Notes: a model not told the origin generated them from the sequence alone. A stretch of 64,000 bases of DNA from an uncultured Planctomycetota bacterium (GCA_963823665.1 CAWGMQ010000010.1:2528001-2592000), one strand, 5' to 3'. Counted from the first letter of the stretch, positions 22,458 to 32,709 are shown. Program-made: numbers and translations.

Positions 22458-23510
22458 ATGGACAAACCGCTGAATCCCAATCTCGCGCGACGGCTGAACT
22501 TCTATCGCCTGGATTTTGAGCAAGTCACAGGAAAGCCCTTCAAACACTTTCACTGTCCGATCCTAGGGGTTGACAAGCCGGCTGAGCTGATACGGGGACA
22601 CGTCGTCAACCGGGCTTTCAAAGACGCTCCCCGTGCCTGGGTCGTTCAGCGCAGCGACGTCGACAACTTCTACGGCTCTCACTTCGAATCGGGATTCGAG
22701 CTGCTCCAATATCGGGACGGACTGACACCCGTCGCAATGTTCACTGACCAGACACTCTCCAAAAAACTGAGGCCGAGCATCCGGATTGACGGCAAGCCCG
22801 TAGTGTTCACCTCGCAACCATCGCAGCTCCCGGGCACGTTTGTCCGAGTCGAGCTGGGCAAAGGTCCGAACGCCCCGGCTATCGGCATAAGGATGAATCA
22901 TCAGGAGATGATCGAGTCTGCCAGCAAGCAGTGGGCACTCGCCATGTTGACCGACGTGAGAATTCCCGCGTTGGTATCGCTACTCAAGGCCGCCCACCTG
23001 ACCCTGTTCCATATTCTCGGCTACCGCTACGCCCTGTCCGCCGCCGGACTGTATCTCGGCCCGGACATGCTCGGACGTTTCTATAGGATGAACGCGGGGC
23101 GCGACAAGCAGGAAATCCAGGACAATGCATGGTCGTATTTCCGCGAATTCGCAACAATGTTTCGCCCAATCGTCAGAGGTGCGGGACAGGTAGGCACCCT
23201 CACCGACCGCAAGCACCTCGTTTGCCATACGACAAGCGGCGAGATTTGGGCGCAGATCGTTGTCGTGAATGCCGGCTACCAGATGCACGCGGTCATGATC
23301 CCGGAGTTCAGCTCCGCCGATTTGGCGCACACGTTCCTAAACTTTCTCGACAACGACAACGAACAGATCCAGGTCTCCACCGCCGAATATGACCGCCGTG
23401 ACGAGCGACGGGTGATCATCTCCGACCGGATGCAACACCTCTGGCCGAAACGTGGGTTTCTCTATCCCCAAAGTCCCGAGCCGCTGCGCTTCCCGGATGA
23501 TTCTAAGTGA
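22458..23510 (+). CDS. Hypothetical protein with HNH-like N-terminus
   Basis: HCPIL...GHVVNRAF...DVDNFYG pattern; 350 aa. Confidence 0.6.
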   Translation: MDKPLNPNLARRLNFYRLDFEQVTGKPFKHFHCPILGVDKPAELIRGHVVNRAFKDAPRAWVVQRSDVDNFYGSHFESGFELLQYRDGLTPVAMFTDQTLSKKLRPSIRIDGKPVVFTSQPSQLPGTFVRVELGKGPNAPAIGIRMNHQEMIESASKQWALAMLTDVRIPALVSLLKAAHLTLFHILGYRYALSAAGLYLGPDMLGRFYRMNAGRDKQEIQDNAWSYFREFATMFRPIVRGAGQVGTLTDRKHLVCHTTSGEIWAQIVVVNAGYQMHAVMIPEFSSADLAHTFLNFLDNDNEQIQVSTAEYDRRDERRVIISDRMQHLWPKRGFLYPQSPEPLRFPDDSK

Positions 23511-23806
23511 TTAGTTTGATCGCCCCCACCCAGGACTCTTTCTTTCCATACAGACAGACTTCTTTCGTGCCTTAAGCCTTTCATCCCATCTTTCTTGCTT
23601 GCAAGAAACACATAAAGTTTCCCTGAAAGCTTGCATTTCTTCTTTCACGCCATCCTCCTGACTTTCTTGCTTTCCTACAGTCTTGCTTTCATTCCATCAC
23701 TCAGGTATTCATACTTTCATGAAACGGTGAGAGCAGGAAATCCAGAAACAATGACTTATTGAAATAATTCTTGCGATCATGAAAGAAGTGTTGTAATCAG
23801 GCAAGC

Positions 23807-24469
23807 ATGATCATCGCAATTGCCAATTCCAAGGGAGGTGTCGGTAAATCGACACTCGCCGTCCATCTCGCAGCTTGGTTGCACGAGCAGGGGCACAAGG
23901 TGACCCTGGCCGACTGCGATACCCAGCACTCTTCATCGGAATGGATACGGGAGGCAGTCCCGGAGATCAAAGCCGTGCCGTTAGCTAACCCCGACGTCAT
24001 CCTTAACGAGTTGCCATTGCTCGACCAGGACGCCGATTTCGTTGTCGCCGACGGTCCCGGCAGCCTCACCGAGACCAGCCGGGCGTTATTGTTGCGCGCC
24101 GACCTAGGCATCGTTCCTTGCAAAGCCAGCATGCTCGAAGTCCGTGCTCTGGCGAAGGCAACGGAGGTGCTCCGGCAAGCCCAGGATATTAGGGGCGGTG
24201 TACCGAAGGCCGTCATCGTGCTCAGCATGGTCGGCAAGAACTATCGTCTCACTCAGGACATGAAGGATGCGGCGGTGGCGCTCGATCTGCCGCTTGCGTC
24301 CAATGCGATGATCCTCCGGCAGATCTATGCCGACGCGCCTGGGCAGGGCGCTGTCGTCTGGAAACTGGGATCGCGCGCTTACGAGGCCACCAAGGAGATC
24401 AACCAGCTCTTCCGCGAAATCCTGCCCGAGGCGTGCCGCAGGAAGACGAAAAAAGCCGCATCAGCGTAA
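23807..24469 (+). CDS. parA: ParA-family partition ATPase (type Ib-like)
   Basis: NSKGGVGKST, DCDTQHS, VVADGPG. Confidence 0.93.
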   Translation: MIIAIANSKGGVGKSTLAVHLAAWLHEQGHKVTLADCDTQHSSSEWIREAVPEIKAVPLANPDVILNELPLLDQDADFVVADGPGSLTETSRALLLRADLGIVPCKASMLEVRALAKATEVLRQAQDIRGGVPKAVIVLSMVGKNYRLTQDMKDAAVALDLPLASNAMILRQIYADAPGQGAVVWKLGSRAYEATKEINQLFREILPEACRRKTKKAASA

Positions 24470-24482
24470 CGAGGAGGATCGC

Positions 24483-24806
24483 ATGTCAGAACGCCGCACA
24501 CTCACCGCAGGTTTGAAACCACCGGTTCTACCGATCGATCCGAAGAAGGAAAAGGAATTCGTCTACGGTCAGAATTTAGAAGCGAAACCCGAATCATCCG
24601 CCAACCCGGCAACCAACGAGAAGTCACCCACCGCGAGTGCACCTGCACGGGTACCGCTGAGCACGCGGATGAGAGGCGATTTTGCTGAGGCGCTGAAAAC
24701 AGCATCTCTCGAACGGCAATTGAAGAAAATCCAGCCAAATACGCTGACAGACATACTGGAAGAGGCGGTCGAGCCTTGGTTGCGAAAACACGGATACCTG
24801 ACGTAA
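24483..24806 (+). CDS. Small ParA partner (putative RHH centromere-binding protein)
   Basis: Follows parA; C-terminal RVPLSTRM...DILEEAVEPWL. Confidence 0.7.
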   Translation: MSERRTLTAGLKPPVLPIDPKKEKEFVYGQNLEAKPESSANPATNEKSPTASAPARVPLSTRMRGDFAEALKTASLERQLKKIQPNTLTDILEEAVEPWLRKHGYLT

Positions 24807-24891
24807 TCCAGCTTTTGACAGAAGAGGGGAGGGGGTGCTACCGTGCCGCCTGCGGCCCGACTGCAACGCAAAATGAACGGTACGATGACGT

Positions 24892-25731
24892 ATGACGAGA
24901 CGGCTTCCACCCAAGGGTGACTACCAACCCGACCTTTTCGCCGCGAATTTCGCGGACATCCCAATCCGCGATCAGCGCGATACGATGGAGCGGCCGTTTT
25001 TCAGCCTGGCCAAGAAACCGCGCTTCGCGCCGATCGAGTACAATGTCGGCGATGTCTGGGTTGAAGTCAGCGCCAACCCCAAGTTCGGCATCGCAACCAT
25101 TTGGGACGCGGACATCTTGATCTGGGCATCCACCCAGGTCACCGAAGCCCTCGATCGCGGCCTGACCCCGAGCCGCACCATCCATTTCTATCCTCACAAT
25201 CTCCTCAAATCCATCCGACGTCCGACGGGCGGTGAGCACTACATGCGGCTCCGCGCGGCGCTCGACCGGCTGACCCATACCGCCGTACGCACGAACATCC
25301 GCGCCCAGGGAAAGAAGAAGGCCGCATCCTTCCATTGGCTGGAAAGCTGGACCGAGGTCACCGACGAGAAAACCGGCGAGACCACGGGAATGACACTCAC
25401 GCTCCCCGACTGGCTCTTCCAGGGAATCGCGATGAAAGGAGGCGTCCTGACCATCCATGAAGACTATTTCCTGCTGACGGGGGGTATCGAGCGCTGGCTG
25501 TATCGCGTCGCCCGCAAGCACGCCGGACAGCAGGAGACAGGCTGGCAGTTCACCATGCGTCAGCTCTACGAAAAATCCGGATCGACGGCCCGGTTTTCCG
25601 ACTTCGCCCTCGACGTCCGCAAGGTCGTCGAAATTGACTCGCTACCCGAATACACGTCGGACATCCACAAGAACGAGGAGGGGGATGAAATGATCCACTT
25701 CCTGAAGCGCGATCAGCTCGACTCTCGATGA
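24892..25731 (+). CDS. repA: Plasmid replication initiator RepA (RPA family); possible frameshifted tail to 25822
   Basis: RDQRDTMERPFFSLAK, GIATIWDADILIW, YFLLTGGIERWLYRVARKHAG; followed by iterons. Confidence 0.9.
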   Translation: MTRRLPPKGDYQPDLFAANFADIPIRDQRDTMERPFFSLAKKPRFAPIEYNVGDVWVEVSANPKFGIATIWDADILIWASTQVTEALDRGLTPSRTIHFYPHNLLKSIRRPTGGEHYMRLRAALDRLTHTAVRTNIRAQGKKKAASFHWLESWTEVTDEKTGETTGMTLTLPDWLFQGIAMKGGVLTIHEDYFLLTGGIERWLYRVARKHAGQQETGWQFTMRQLYEKSGSTARFSDFALDVRKVVEIDSLPEYTSDIHKNEEGDEMIHFLKRDQLDSR

Positions 25732-25824
25732 CCCGAGGTACGAGACTCCTCGCCATCCTCGCCGCCGGGTTGCTCGCGGGATTACATCGAAAGCGTTAAA
25801 GCTCAATGTGATGGCCGAGTGAAG

Positions 25825-26256
25825 GCACGGCCTATTGGGCGTAAACACGCACGGTTTTGGACTCCAGGACACGGCCTATTAGGCGTAAATTACATCATAG
25901 AAGTTCGGTTATGACCAGAATGCCGAGGGGCAAAAACGTCGCCAGACCGTCATGAAACGCCCTGGCATTCCATTCCGATGCCGGCACGGCCTATCAGGCG
26001 CAGTTTTTCAGTCCAGAATCGGAAATGTTGGCGATCGATTCTTACATCCTCAAGCTGTGGATTAGCACGGCCTATTAGGCGCACGGCATTCGGCCTATTA
26101 GGCGTATCACCGCACGGCCTATTAGGCGCAAAGACTCGGCCTATCAGGCGCACGAAACGCCAGATTTCGTCACTGAAGACAATGGGATATGGACCAGCTA
26201 ACTGTTTAACTTAAACATATTATTTAACTTACTTAACGTCCTCGGCTTGTGGATAA
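25825..26256 (+). repeat. Replication origin: seven iterons, AT-rich tract, DnaA box
   Basis: CGGCCTATY(A/G)GGCG near 25828, 25872, 25987, 26068, 26091, 26115, 26137; AT-rich TTAAC tract 26199-26237; TGTGGATAA at 26248. Confidence 0.88.
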
Positions 26257-26480
26257 CTCCATCGATTTCAATTGACCGACCGGCCGAAGAACTTCATCGT
26301 TCAAGAGCGGGGGAGGGAAAGGAAGAAAGAATGCATTCAGGAATGACGTCGAGCCAAACCATCGGCATCATCACAACTCAGTACAGATTAAAGAGGCCAT
26401 CTAGAGGACTGAACTGACCTCGCCGCTACTCCACAGGCCAAGAACCCCTTCCAAGCGTGTACGGGCTTCTAATGAGGATT

Positions 26481-26699
26481 TCAGAAAATCGGATCAAGCA
26501 CCACCGCACCGTCGCGATGATGCAATACTTTGCCCCACGCCCTCGCGGTCACTTTTGTCCCCTCGAACGGTTCGGCGAAATGCTCGTCAACTTTGTACCG
26601 TCCTTCACCGTGTGCCCTGGCAAACACCGCGAGAGCCTCGAGCAAATCGACAACATCCCCGACATCCGGCCGTTTGGAAATCCGAAAAACGCGGCTCAT
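26481..26699 (-). CDS. Small hypothetical protein
   Basis: 72 aa ORF. Confidence 0.5.
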   Translation of the reverse strand: MSRVFRISKRPDVGDVVDLLEALAVFARAHGEGRYKVDEHFAEPFEGTKVTARAWGKVLHHRDGAVVLDPIF

Positions 26700-26840
26700 C
26701 GCTGATCTGACAGGGGAGGGGGGTTACCAGCAGATCCGGAGGGAAATGCCCCCCGTTGCCCAAGTGCTCCTAACCCGCCGAAACCGCTTGGCAAAACGGG
26801 GCAAGCATGATAGCGTGAGACCTGAAGGAGACATTTACGC

Positions 26841-27116
26841 ATGATGATCCATCTGCCCCACGACCTGGAAAGCTCTATTCTAGCGGCAGTGCATAACGGG
26901 CGGTTCGCTTCCGTCGACGCCGCGATGGCCGAGGCTGCGCGTCTGCTGCTTCGCGAGATGACCCAAGGTCGTCTAGAGCCAAAGCCCGTCGCAGCCGACA
27001 CATCGCCTGACCCGTTGCTTGGTGCCTGGCGTGACGATGCCGATTTGCTGGATGAAATCGTTGAGCACGCGATGAAGAACCGCGAGGAGCAGACCATGGC
27101 GGTTGTCGCCGAGTGA
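26841..27116 (+). CDS. Putative antitoxin (RHH/ParD-like N-terminus)
   Basis: IHLPHDLESSILAAVHNGRFASVDAAMAEA; overlaps PIN gene. Confidence 0.75.
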   Translation: MMIHLPHDLESSILAAVHNGRFASVDAAMAEAARLLLREMTQGRLEPKPVAADTSPDPLLGAWRDDADLLDEIVEHAMKNREEQTMAVVAE

Positions 27117-27535
27117 ATAGGGGGCTGCTTGACACCGACGTTTTGTCGGAGATTTTCAAGGGGAACAATCCGGCTATCGCTCGCAACGCCACTACCTACC
27201 GCCGGGCATTTGGCCATCACCACACGCTTTCAACGATTACCGTAATGGAAATCGTCTCCGGCCTGCAACGAGTGCAAAGGCCGGATCGCGTTCAGAAATT
27301 CATGGCCGACATCAGCGGAGAGGAAATCCTTTTGTTCGACTTGGCCGCCGGAAGGCTGGCAGGTGAAATCGCTGGCGATTTGGAGCGTACCGGCCAGCCT
27401 ATCGGCACAGCCGATCCGATGATCGCAGCCATCGCCATCGAGCATGAGCTCGAACTTGTCACCGGCAACACTGCCCATTTCCAGCGTATACAACAGCTCG
27501 GCTACCCACTAACGCTCGCCAACTGGCGGATCTGA
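27113..27535 (+). CDS. vapC: VapC-family PIN-domain toxin
   Basis: LLDTDVLSE, ADPMIAAIA, LVTGNTAHF. Confidence 0.93.
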   Translation: MNRGLLDTDVLSEIFKGNNPAIARNATTYRRAFGHHHTLSTITVMEIVSGLQRVQRPDRVQKFMADISGEEILLFDLAAGRLAGEIAGDLERTGQPIGTADPMIAAIAIEHELELVTGNTAHFQRIQQLGYPLTLANWRI

Positions 27536-27557
27536 TGGGCGGAAACGTCCGGCTGAG

Positions 27558-27771
27558 CTAGATCAGTTTGTCTCTGGTCCGTTTCATTGCCTCGGCTATG
27601 GCGTCGGAATGACCGAGCAGCCGGGCGACGACCAGGCTGTCCATCTTCTGCCGGTTGATCGCATCCTTTCCCCGTTCCTAGGTAGCCTGCAATTGCTTGC
27701 CAGAGGTGCCGCACCCCAGGTACGATCTCACGCAGGCGGCAAACGCCGTTCGTATCACGCGTGCCGCACAT
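27558..27771 (-). pseudogene. Tyrosine integrase remnant next to att site
   Basis: Minus-strand frame MDSLVVARLLGHSDAIAEAMKRTRDKLI* (box II-like). Confidence 0.5.
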
Positions 27772-27900
27772 GCGCCCTCCGGAGTTCCCCGCTTCGCTCC
27801 CCGGATCGTAACAAGAATCCGTAGCAAAGCTATCAGTAGCAAGAATCCATCGGAACGAACTTGATGTAAAGCCAAGCATATTAATCAGTTAGAGATACTC

Positions 27901-27941
27901 GGAGAGGTGACAGAGTGGTCGATTGTGCGGCACTGGAAATG
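27901..27941 (+). tRNA. 5' half of tRNA-Ser(GGA), truncated after the anticodon loop; att site 1
   Basis: GGAGAGGTGACAGAGTGGTCGATTGTGCGGCACTGGAAATG; no variable arm or T arm follows. Confidence 0.85.
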
Positions 27942-28002
27942 ACGTTCAACGGGTGCCTATTGCCCTAAGTTGTTTGGAGACGAGTGGATAGGAAGATCGC
28001 CC

Positions 28003-28365
28003 ATGGTCAGCAAGGACCGTGAACAGACGCGGACAGAGGCCGCCCAGGCGACGCGACGGCAGAAGTCACGTGAGCTTGATGAGGAACACGAGCAGATCCT
28101 CAAGAAGGCGCAGATTTACTTGCTGTTCGAGGCGAAGCGCCCGATGTTCTGGAACGTCGCCGATATCCGAGAGGGGAAGGGCGAGGGTGGCTCACGCCGC
28201 TGGATCATTGCCGTGCATCTCCGTGCTCCGTCTGGGCATGAGGGATATCTGGGCGACCTCCTGTACGATGGCGAGCGGTTCTCGGAGTTGACGGACGTCG
28301 AATTGATGCGGCGGCGAGTGCAGCAGATCACGGCTGACCCCGGAAGTCCGTTGCCGATCGCATGA
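28003..28365 (+). CDS. Hypothetical protein, partner of C39-like peptidase (copy 1)
   Basis: 120 aa from MVSKDRE; ATGA overlap with next gene. Confidence 0.7.
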   Translation: MVSKDREQTRTEAAQATRRQKSRELDEEHEQILKKAQIYLLFEAKRPMFWNVADIREGKGEGGSRRWIIAVHLRAPSGHEGYLGDLLYDGERFSELTDVELMRRRVQQITADPGSPLPIA

Positions 28366-28859
28366 GTACCGGACTTCCGCACTACCGCCAGGAGAAGAAG
28401 AATACCTGCGCCCTGGCGTGCCTGCGGATGGTCCTTGCTTCCTTCGGCACGGACGTCGAGGAGGGCACGCTCGAGGCCCGGGCGCACATGGAGATCGACG
28501 GTACAGAGATCGGCGAACTTGAGCGTCTTGCGCGGCAGTTCGGGGTCGTCGCAGACATCCAGGAGGCGACAGTGGCGCAGCTTCGGCACCTGCTGGAGGA
28601 CGGGAAGCTGCCTATCGTCTACATCGACCGTGCTATCTTTTAATTGCGTCCCCGCCAACGGGCGCAGCACTCCATTCGCGACACCATCATCCACACCGTC
28701 ATCCCCACGCGGGTCATTACCAGTTTTGTCACATACCATGACCCTCGCCAAGTTCGGGTCATCCGGAAGACCACTGGCCTCTTCCGTCAGGCATACGAAG
28801 CCCTGGGAGGGCGCTGCGTCGTCTGCTCCAAACCTGCGAGAGGCCTAGACCATGGCTAG
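28362..28859 (+). pseudogene. C39-like cysteine peptidase with in-frame TAA (copy 1)
   Basis: QEKKNTCALACLRMVL...DRAIF*LRP...IIHTVI...YHDP; Cys before the stop, His/Asp after. Confidence 0.75.
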
Positions 28860-28874
28860 CCGTGAGTCTCCCGC

Positions 28875-28957
28875 CGACTGCAAGTGCCTGACGCTCGGCA
28901 AAAGGTGGGTGTCTCACATCCCTGACGCTCGGCAAAAGGTGGGTGTCTCACATCCCC
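28875..28957 (-). repeat. Left half of repeat element, end duplicated in tandem
   Basis: (CTGACGCTCGGCAAAAGGTGGGTGTCTCACATCC)x2. Confidence 0.85.
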
Positions 28958-29905
28958 TTAGAAACGGAACGGGAATGGGACAGCAAGTGCGGGGTAAACG
29001 TCCCGAAAGGCGACGAGGATTGCGGTACGCAGATCATCCATAAGTGTGGTCGCGTTATCATCAATCATGTGCACCGGGCAATCTGCTTGGCCGCAACCGC
29101 ACAGACGGATTTCCCCCGTGCGAATCAAGCGATCATACGCAGCACGAAGTTCAATGAGCTTTCCGACGACGGCACCTAACTTAGTCCTGACTTCGGGGTT
29201 CTTCAGGCGATGGCGTGACGGTCCCCGGTCAATCTCAGTGCCGTCCCTCAAGCGGCGGATGCCCGTGTTCACGGCCTCGATGGTATCGGTGATCGCCTGC
29301 TTGAAGTCGGGCAAGTTGCTTTCACCCCTGAACGGCGTCGTAAACGCCGGACGGTCAAAGCATTCGGCCAGTCGTGTCAGCATCTCAGTGTCAGTTGCCT
29401 TCTCACCGTCGATTGCAAACGCCTTAAGAGCCTGAACGGTTTCGGGGAAAGCGATTCCGTTGCAGAATCGCTCAAGCAAGTCCGGTGCGTCGCGTCGAAC
29501 CCGCTCCTCGAACTCGATGCCGCTCCAGACCTGAACATCGACAACGCCACGTCCACGAATGTGCGTTTCCACCCTGTCCTTCATCTTTGCCGAGACTTTG
29601 CCGCCCACGATGACAATGAAGGCATGTGGTATGCCGTCCGGTCCCGACAAAACCTTGCTGATGTCCTGCTCAGCCTTGTCGAAATTGAGCCTTTGGTGGT
29701 TGGCACATTGATAGCACAAGTTCTCCCCGGCCGCTGTTACAACCCATATGTCGCGGCCTCGATCACCGCCAAGCTGACCATACCAGTCGATGCGTTGATG
29801 ATTGGGGATGGATCTAAGGAGGTATGCAAACGCAAGCCGCTCAAATGAGGTGCCATCAAACTGGCCAAAAACGACGGGCTTGACCTCGATCTGCAATAAG
29901 TTCAT
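28958..29905 (-). CDS. Protein with Mrr-like PD-(D/E)xK nuclease N-terminal domain
   Basis: FERLAFAYL...GGDRGRDIW...YQCAN. Confidence 0.65.
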   Translation of the reverse strand: MNLLQIEVKPVVFGQFDGTSFERLAFAYLLRSIPNHQRIDWYGQLGGDRGRDIWVVTAAGENLCYQCANHQRLNFDKAEQDISKVLSGPDGIPHAFIVIVGGKVSAKMKDRVETHIRGRGVVDVQVWSGIEFEERVRRDAPDLLERFCNGIAFPETVQALKAFAIDGEKATDTEMLTRLAECFDRPAFTTPFRGESNLPDFKQAITDTIEAVNTGIRRLRDGTEIDRGPSRHRLKNPEVRTKLGAVVGKLIELRAAYDRLIRTGEIRLCGCGQADCPVHMIDDNATTLMDDLRTAILVAFRDVYPALAVPFPFRF

Positions 29906-30189
29906 TCGCTTGAGCCTTTCTCCGGCTGCTGAATTCCACAGGCATTGCCTCCTAGAGCCGCAATGGTGCGATGATCCCGCTCACCGCCTTTTTGAAATCC
30001 ACCACGATAGCCGCCAGCCGATTCATGTCCCAACCGAAAAGCTGTGTCAAGTGCCGCACCGACACCGTGAATTTCTCGGCAACCTGGCTGTAGAGGACGA
30101 ACATCTGCTCAAACGACATACGCTTGGTCACGGCGACCTCGTTGCCTACTGCACCCGGATGATCGACGCGGCGGCTGTCGTCACGCTTA

Positions 30190-30469
30190 TAGGCAAGCTG
30201 GGTAGGGCCGCGACGGCTTCCGCCGCGAGCCGATGACCATCAGGGCGGTCGAAAAGCTGATCGGCCGCTACGTCGACGCCCTCGGCCTCGATCCCAACGT
30301 CACCGTGCATTCGCTCCGCGTCACCGCTCTGACTACGGCCAGGGAGCGGGGATCGGATATCATCGACTTGCAGGAATTCGCGGGGCACGCCGACCCCAGG
30401 ACCACCCTCACCTACATCCGCAGCCGCGACCGGCTTAGCCAAAGTCCGGCTTATGTGCTAAAATACTGA
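30190..30469 (+). pseudogene. Tyrosine recombinase C-terminal fragment
   Basis: HSLRVTALT...LQEFAGHADPRTTLTY. Confidence 0.85.
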
Positions 30470-30521
30470 ATGGACACGCGACCAGTAACAGCTCGCTCCC
30501 ATGCAGCCATTTGGGGATGAT

Positions 30522-31454
30522 ATGAGTACGCCAGAATTGCCACCCACTACCGAGAAACCTCAGTGCCGCTTGTGCAGAGTGTCCGACGACTTGAGGGAAA
30601 GTCATATCATCCCTAGCTTCGTGTTCAAATGGCTGAAAAAGACTTCTGCTACCGGCTATCTCCGATTCGCGGAAGAGATGCAACGCCGCAAACAGGACGG
30701 CGTCAAAATCCCGTTGCTTTGCGGGGACTGCGAGCAGCGACTTAGCTCCTGGGAGCGGCAGTTCTCTGAAAATGTTTTCATGCCACTTACCAGTGGAGGC
30801 GGGTTTAATCCCTTCGATTATGGCCCTTGGCTCACACAATTCGCGGTATCACTTTCCTGGCGTTCATTAACGTTTATGCCATCCCTCGCACCATTAACAC
30901 ACGTGCCACCTCAACATTTATCTCGACTCGACGATGCCGCAGAAACGTGGCGGCGCTTTCTACTGGACAACCAGCAACCCATAACCCCGTTTGAGCAGCA
31001 CCTTATTCCGCTTGGTTTCCTAGATTCGCACACGGTTCCTTCCTTACCTACAAACATCAATCGCTACATTGCTCGCTCTGTCGCCATTGATGTTGTGACC
31101 TCAAGCGAGCAAATTATCGTTTTCACCAAGCTACCCTTCGCACTTATCATTGGCATCCTTTATTCCGCCAAACCTGGGGAATGGGTAGGCACCAAGCTTG
31201 ATCCCGCAGGTGGACATTTTGGCAAAGGTAAACACATCGTCCTTCCTGGCGGCATGCTAACTTATATGTGTGACAAAGCTAACCGCATGACCGCACTCAA
31301 TGCGACATTGTCAGCTAAACAGCAACAGGCTATAGACACGTCTACATTCAAAGATGCCGACCGAACAGCAAATTCAGGAAGCTTCGAGGCGATGATTCAA
31401 GACGTTAGGCTCTTCGGAAATGAGGCATTCAAAAAGCACGACCCATCTGAATGA
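30522..31454 (+). CDS. Hypothetical protein with HNH-like zinc-binding N-terminus
   Basis: CRLC...ESHIIP...LLCGDCEQRLS; lower GC. Confidence 0.7.
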   Translation: MSTPELPPTTEKPQCRLCRVSDDLRESHIIPSFVFKWLKKTSATGYLRFAEEMQRRKQDGVKIPLLCGDCEQRLSSWERQFSENVFMPLTSGGGFNPFDYGPWLTQFAVSLSWRSLTFMPSLAPLTHVPPQHLSRLDDAAETWRRFLLDNQQPITPFEQHLIPLGFLDSHTVPSLPTNINRYIARSVAIDVVTSSEQIIVFTKLPFALIIGILYSAKPGEWVGTKLDPAGGHFGKGKHIVLPGGMLTYMCDKANRMTALNATLSAKQQQAIDTSTFKDADRTANSGSFEAMIQDVRLFGNEAFKKHDPSE

Positions 31455-31485
31455 TACAATGCGTGTATTGTGATAGAGTGCTATA

Positions 31486-32292
31486 ATGATCATTGCTAAG
31501 ATTGAAACATGGCCCGCAGCATTGCAAGAGTTTCTTACATCGCAGCACGAAATGCTGTTGGCACATGCACGCCACGACCGCGAGACTATGCACGCATATT
31601 TGGACCCTAAGAATGGGCACGTGCTGATGGCCATGATGCCATCGAATCCGCACTTTCAAGCACGAGAGCGTGCCTGGCTGAAAGTTAATGAGTTGTTGCA
31701 GTCCACAACTCTTCAGGGGTGGCACTGCACTCGGCTCACCGAACATGAGGTGAAACACATCACATCACACGGAATGCAACCACCAAACCTACAAGTTCTC
31801 CGCGAGCGTATTCGGCGGGTGCAAGCTGCTGGCATGATCAAGAACGAGATTGCCGAACAACTGATCGAGAAAAATCAGGCCAACGAGGATAATCGCAAGG
31901 GAATGATCTGGTTTTGCTTCTTCGATCCAAGGATCGCAGGTCAGTCGGGAATCGAACGCTTCTTTCGTTACTGGGGCGGCGAAGCCCTTTACGGCTCCCA
32001 CCAACACGATCTAAGTACCGGCAAAGCACTGCGAATTATCGGTCGGCCGTGTTTAATTGAAGCCAACGTACCGATCTCATCATTCCGCCCCTACACCTCT
32101 CTAGGCGATAAGGTCATTCGCCGGTACTTGCTCAGCCACGGCTTCGATACTGGCGAAGGATGCGAGCATGAGGACAATACGTGCGACCAAATTCCAGCAA
32201 CCAACATCGTGCGGGTTGTATTTCATGGTGAACAGGAATTCGCAACGCTTACCGGCTGCGATTTGTGGGAACCTCCGCTCGATGATTGTTGA
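31486..32292 (+). CDS. Hypothetical protein
   Basis: 268 aa, lower GC; GWHCTRLT...IWFCF...GGEALY. Confidence 0.7.
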   Translation: MIIAKIETWPAALQEFLTSQHEMLLAHARHDRETMHAYLDPKNGHVLMAMMPSNPHFQARERAWLKVNELLQSTTLQGWHCTRLTEHEVKHITSHGMQPPNLQVLRERIRRVQAAGMIKNEIAEQLIEKNQANEDNRKGMIWFCFFDPRIAGQSGIERFFRYWGGEALYGSHQHDLSTGKALRIIGRPCLIEANVPISSFRPYTSLGDKVIRRYLLSHGFDTGEGCEHEDNTCDQIPATNIVRVVFHGEQEFATLTGCDLWEPPLDDC

Positions 32293-32355
32293 TAAGCCAC
32301 ATAGCTATCTGAGTCGATCGGCATGGATGTAGCTACTGCGTACGGTTGAGTCGGC

Positions 32356-32709
32356 ATGACGGCGGTCTCGAAGTCTTCGAGCAGCGCCAACCGAGCCGGA
32401 GGCGAGTTCGAGCCCATTGCCGAAGCGATGCAGATTTCAATCGACGACCTAACACCTAGGAGCACGCGCATGGCCAGAAAACTCGAAGTCGAGTTGACGA
32501 ACGCTGGGTGCAGCTTGGACCCGAAGAGGTTCATCGAGCTTCTCGAAGAACGGCACGCATCCATGCACCCTGGCTGGACCGTTGACGACCTTGTTTGTCA
32601 CCCTGATGAAGCGAAGGCGTATTGCGAGCGGGTTCGGTCCGAGGTTGGAGCACCGGTGCCGGATCACGTCATCCTTCGGCGACTAATGAACGCCCGCAAG
32701 GCACACTAG
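32356..32709 (+). CDS. Hypothetical protein sharing a ~45 aa helical unit with 33590..34531
   Basis: HPGWTVDDLVCHPDEAKAYC...RRLMNARK. Confidence 0.7.
   Translation: MTAVSKSSSSANRAGGEFEPIAEAMQISIDDLTPRSTRMARKLEVELTNAGCSLDPKRFIELLEERHASMHPGWTVDDLVCHPDEAKAYCERVRSEVGAPVPDHVILRRLMNARKAH

Larger units (their letters stand above)
27901..28956 (+). repeat. 1056 bp direct repeat, copy 1 (copy 2 at 35289..36344)
   Basis: Identical ORF translations at offset 7388. Confidence 0.95.

Noticed and set aside
25825..26152. Iterons as a CRISPR array
   Set aside because: Repeats are short, irregularly spaced and adjacent to repA and a DnaA box
27901..27941. Functional or split tRNA
   Set aside because: No 3' half in the window; the break at the anticodon loop fits an att site
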